DNA from: Campylobacterota bacterium
GTDB taxonomy: Bacteria > Campylobacterota > Campylobacteria > Campylobacterales > Arcobacteraceae
DNA: 26,762 nucleotides
NCBI GenBank assembly: GCA_051746405.1
Contig: JBNJFB010000033.1
Coordinates: forward strand, 1 to 26,762
Direction: 5' to 3'
The position numbers and the translations under genes are program-made. Shown here piece by piece: positions 26,283 to 26,762 of the stretch. The notes under the pieces are model-generated. The model saw only the letters and a list, made by a program, of their open reading frames with translations, ran no database searches and was not told the origin of the DNA. How positions within the stretch are numbered: position 1 is the stretch's first letter; each line of letters begins with the position of its first letter.

Positions 26283-26324
26283 TTGACAAAATTAAGTGTT
26301 TTTTAAGTGGTATGCTATTATAAT
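26283..26324 (+). promoter_or_regulatory. Putative sigma70 promoter region of the tRNA cluster
   Basis: TATAAT at 26319-26324, preceded by TTTAAGT and a TTGACA at 26283-26288. The -35/-10 spacing is non-canonical, so the exact promoter is uncertain. Confidence 0.45.
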
Positions 26325-26362
26325 TCTCCTCCAAATTTGTTACGGCAAATTTAAGAGAATAT

Positions 26363-26452
26363 GGAGAAATGGGTGAGTGGCTGAAACCACATCCCTGCTA
26401 AGGATGCGTACTGGCAACGGTACCGAGGGTTCGAATCCCTCTTTCTCCGCCA
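26363..26452 (+). tRNA. tRNA-Ser (GCT)
   Basis: Acceptor GGAGAAA/TTTCTCC, anticodon arm CATCC-CTGCTAA-GGATG, long variable arm, CCA. Confidence 0.97.
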
Positions 26453-26458
26453 CTATGT

Positions 26459-26535
26459 GGGTCCATAGCTCAGCTGGTTAGAGCACTCGGCTCATAACCG
26501 AGTGGCCGAAGGTTCGAGTCCTTCTGGACCCACCA
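26459..26535 (+). tRNA. tRNA-Ile2 (CAT, lysidine type)
   Basis: Acceptor GGGTCCA/TGGACCC, anticodon arm CTCGG-CTCATAA-CCGAG. The body resembles Ile2 rather than Met tRNAs; the identity is inferred. Confidence 0.85.
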
Positions 26536-26541
26536 TTAATT

Positions 26542-26618
26542 GCGGGAGTAGCTCAGTTGGCTAGAGCTTCTGCCTTCCAAGCAGATTGTCGCGAGTTCGA
26601 GTCTCGTCTCCCGCTCCA
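26542..26618 (+). tRNA. tRNA-Gly (TCC)
   Basis: Acceptor GCGGGAG/CTCCCGC, T discriminator, anticodon loop CTTCCAA, CCA. Confidence 0.97.
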
Positions 26619-26631
26619 TTATTTATCTTAT

Positions 26632-26708
<77 letters not shown>

Positions 26709-26717
26709 ATTTCATGT

Positions 26718-26762
26718 GTCAAGGTAGCTCAGCTGGCTAGAGCGCTGGTCTCATAAGCCGGA
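26718..26762 (+). tRNA. Elongator tRNA-Met (CAT), truncated by window end
   Basis: GTCAAGGTAGCTCAGCTGGCTAGAGCG followed by anticodon arm CTGGT-CTCATAA-GCCGG. Confidence 0.85.

Overview
Very AT-rich chromosomal window from a Campylobacterota bacterium, most likely Arcobacteraceae, judged from protein character and gene order (tlyA-ribF-cmoA-bcp-pgbA-like-glcD-yihY; kdsA-ribH-nusB-pyrF). It opens with the 3' end of a 5S rRNA, a terminator-like hairpin and tRNA-Thr(GGT). A 7,470-bp integrated element sits in that tRNA, bounded by a perfect 50-bp direct repeat (144-193 / 7614-7663). The element encodes a tyrosine integrase, an unknown integrase-coupled protein, an excisionase-like HTH, a Rha protein and a RepA/AAA_25-like ATPase. 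It has no visible primase, terminase, capsid or relaxase, so it resembles a minimalist phage-satellite-like island. Its cargo is five uncharacterised, mostly membrane-associated proteins, plus two decayed XRE-HTH genes absent from the ORF track. Paired GGTGACAC arm-type sites flank the att core, and an iteron-like cluster lies just downstream of the ATPase gene. The rest is mostly core genome with a few odd genes: a lone secretin, a membrane-anchored degenerate HNH protein, a cysteine-depleted SdhB/HdrB-like fusion, and a GltS-like/4-TM protein/K+ channel cluster. The window ends in a tRNA cluster (Ser, Ile2, Gly, fMet, partial Met). All product calls come from motif recognition by eye; no searches were run.
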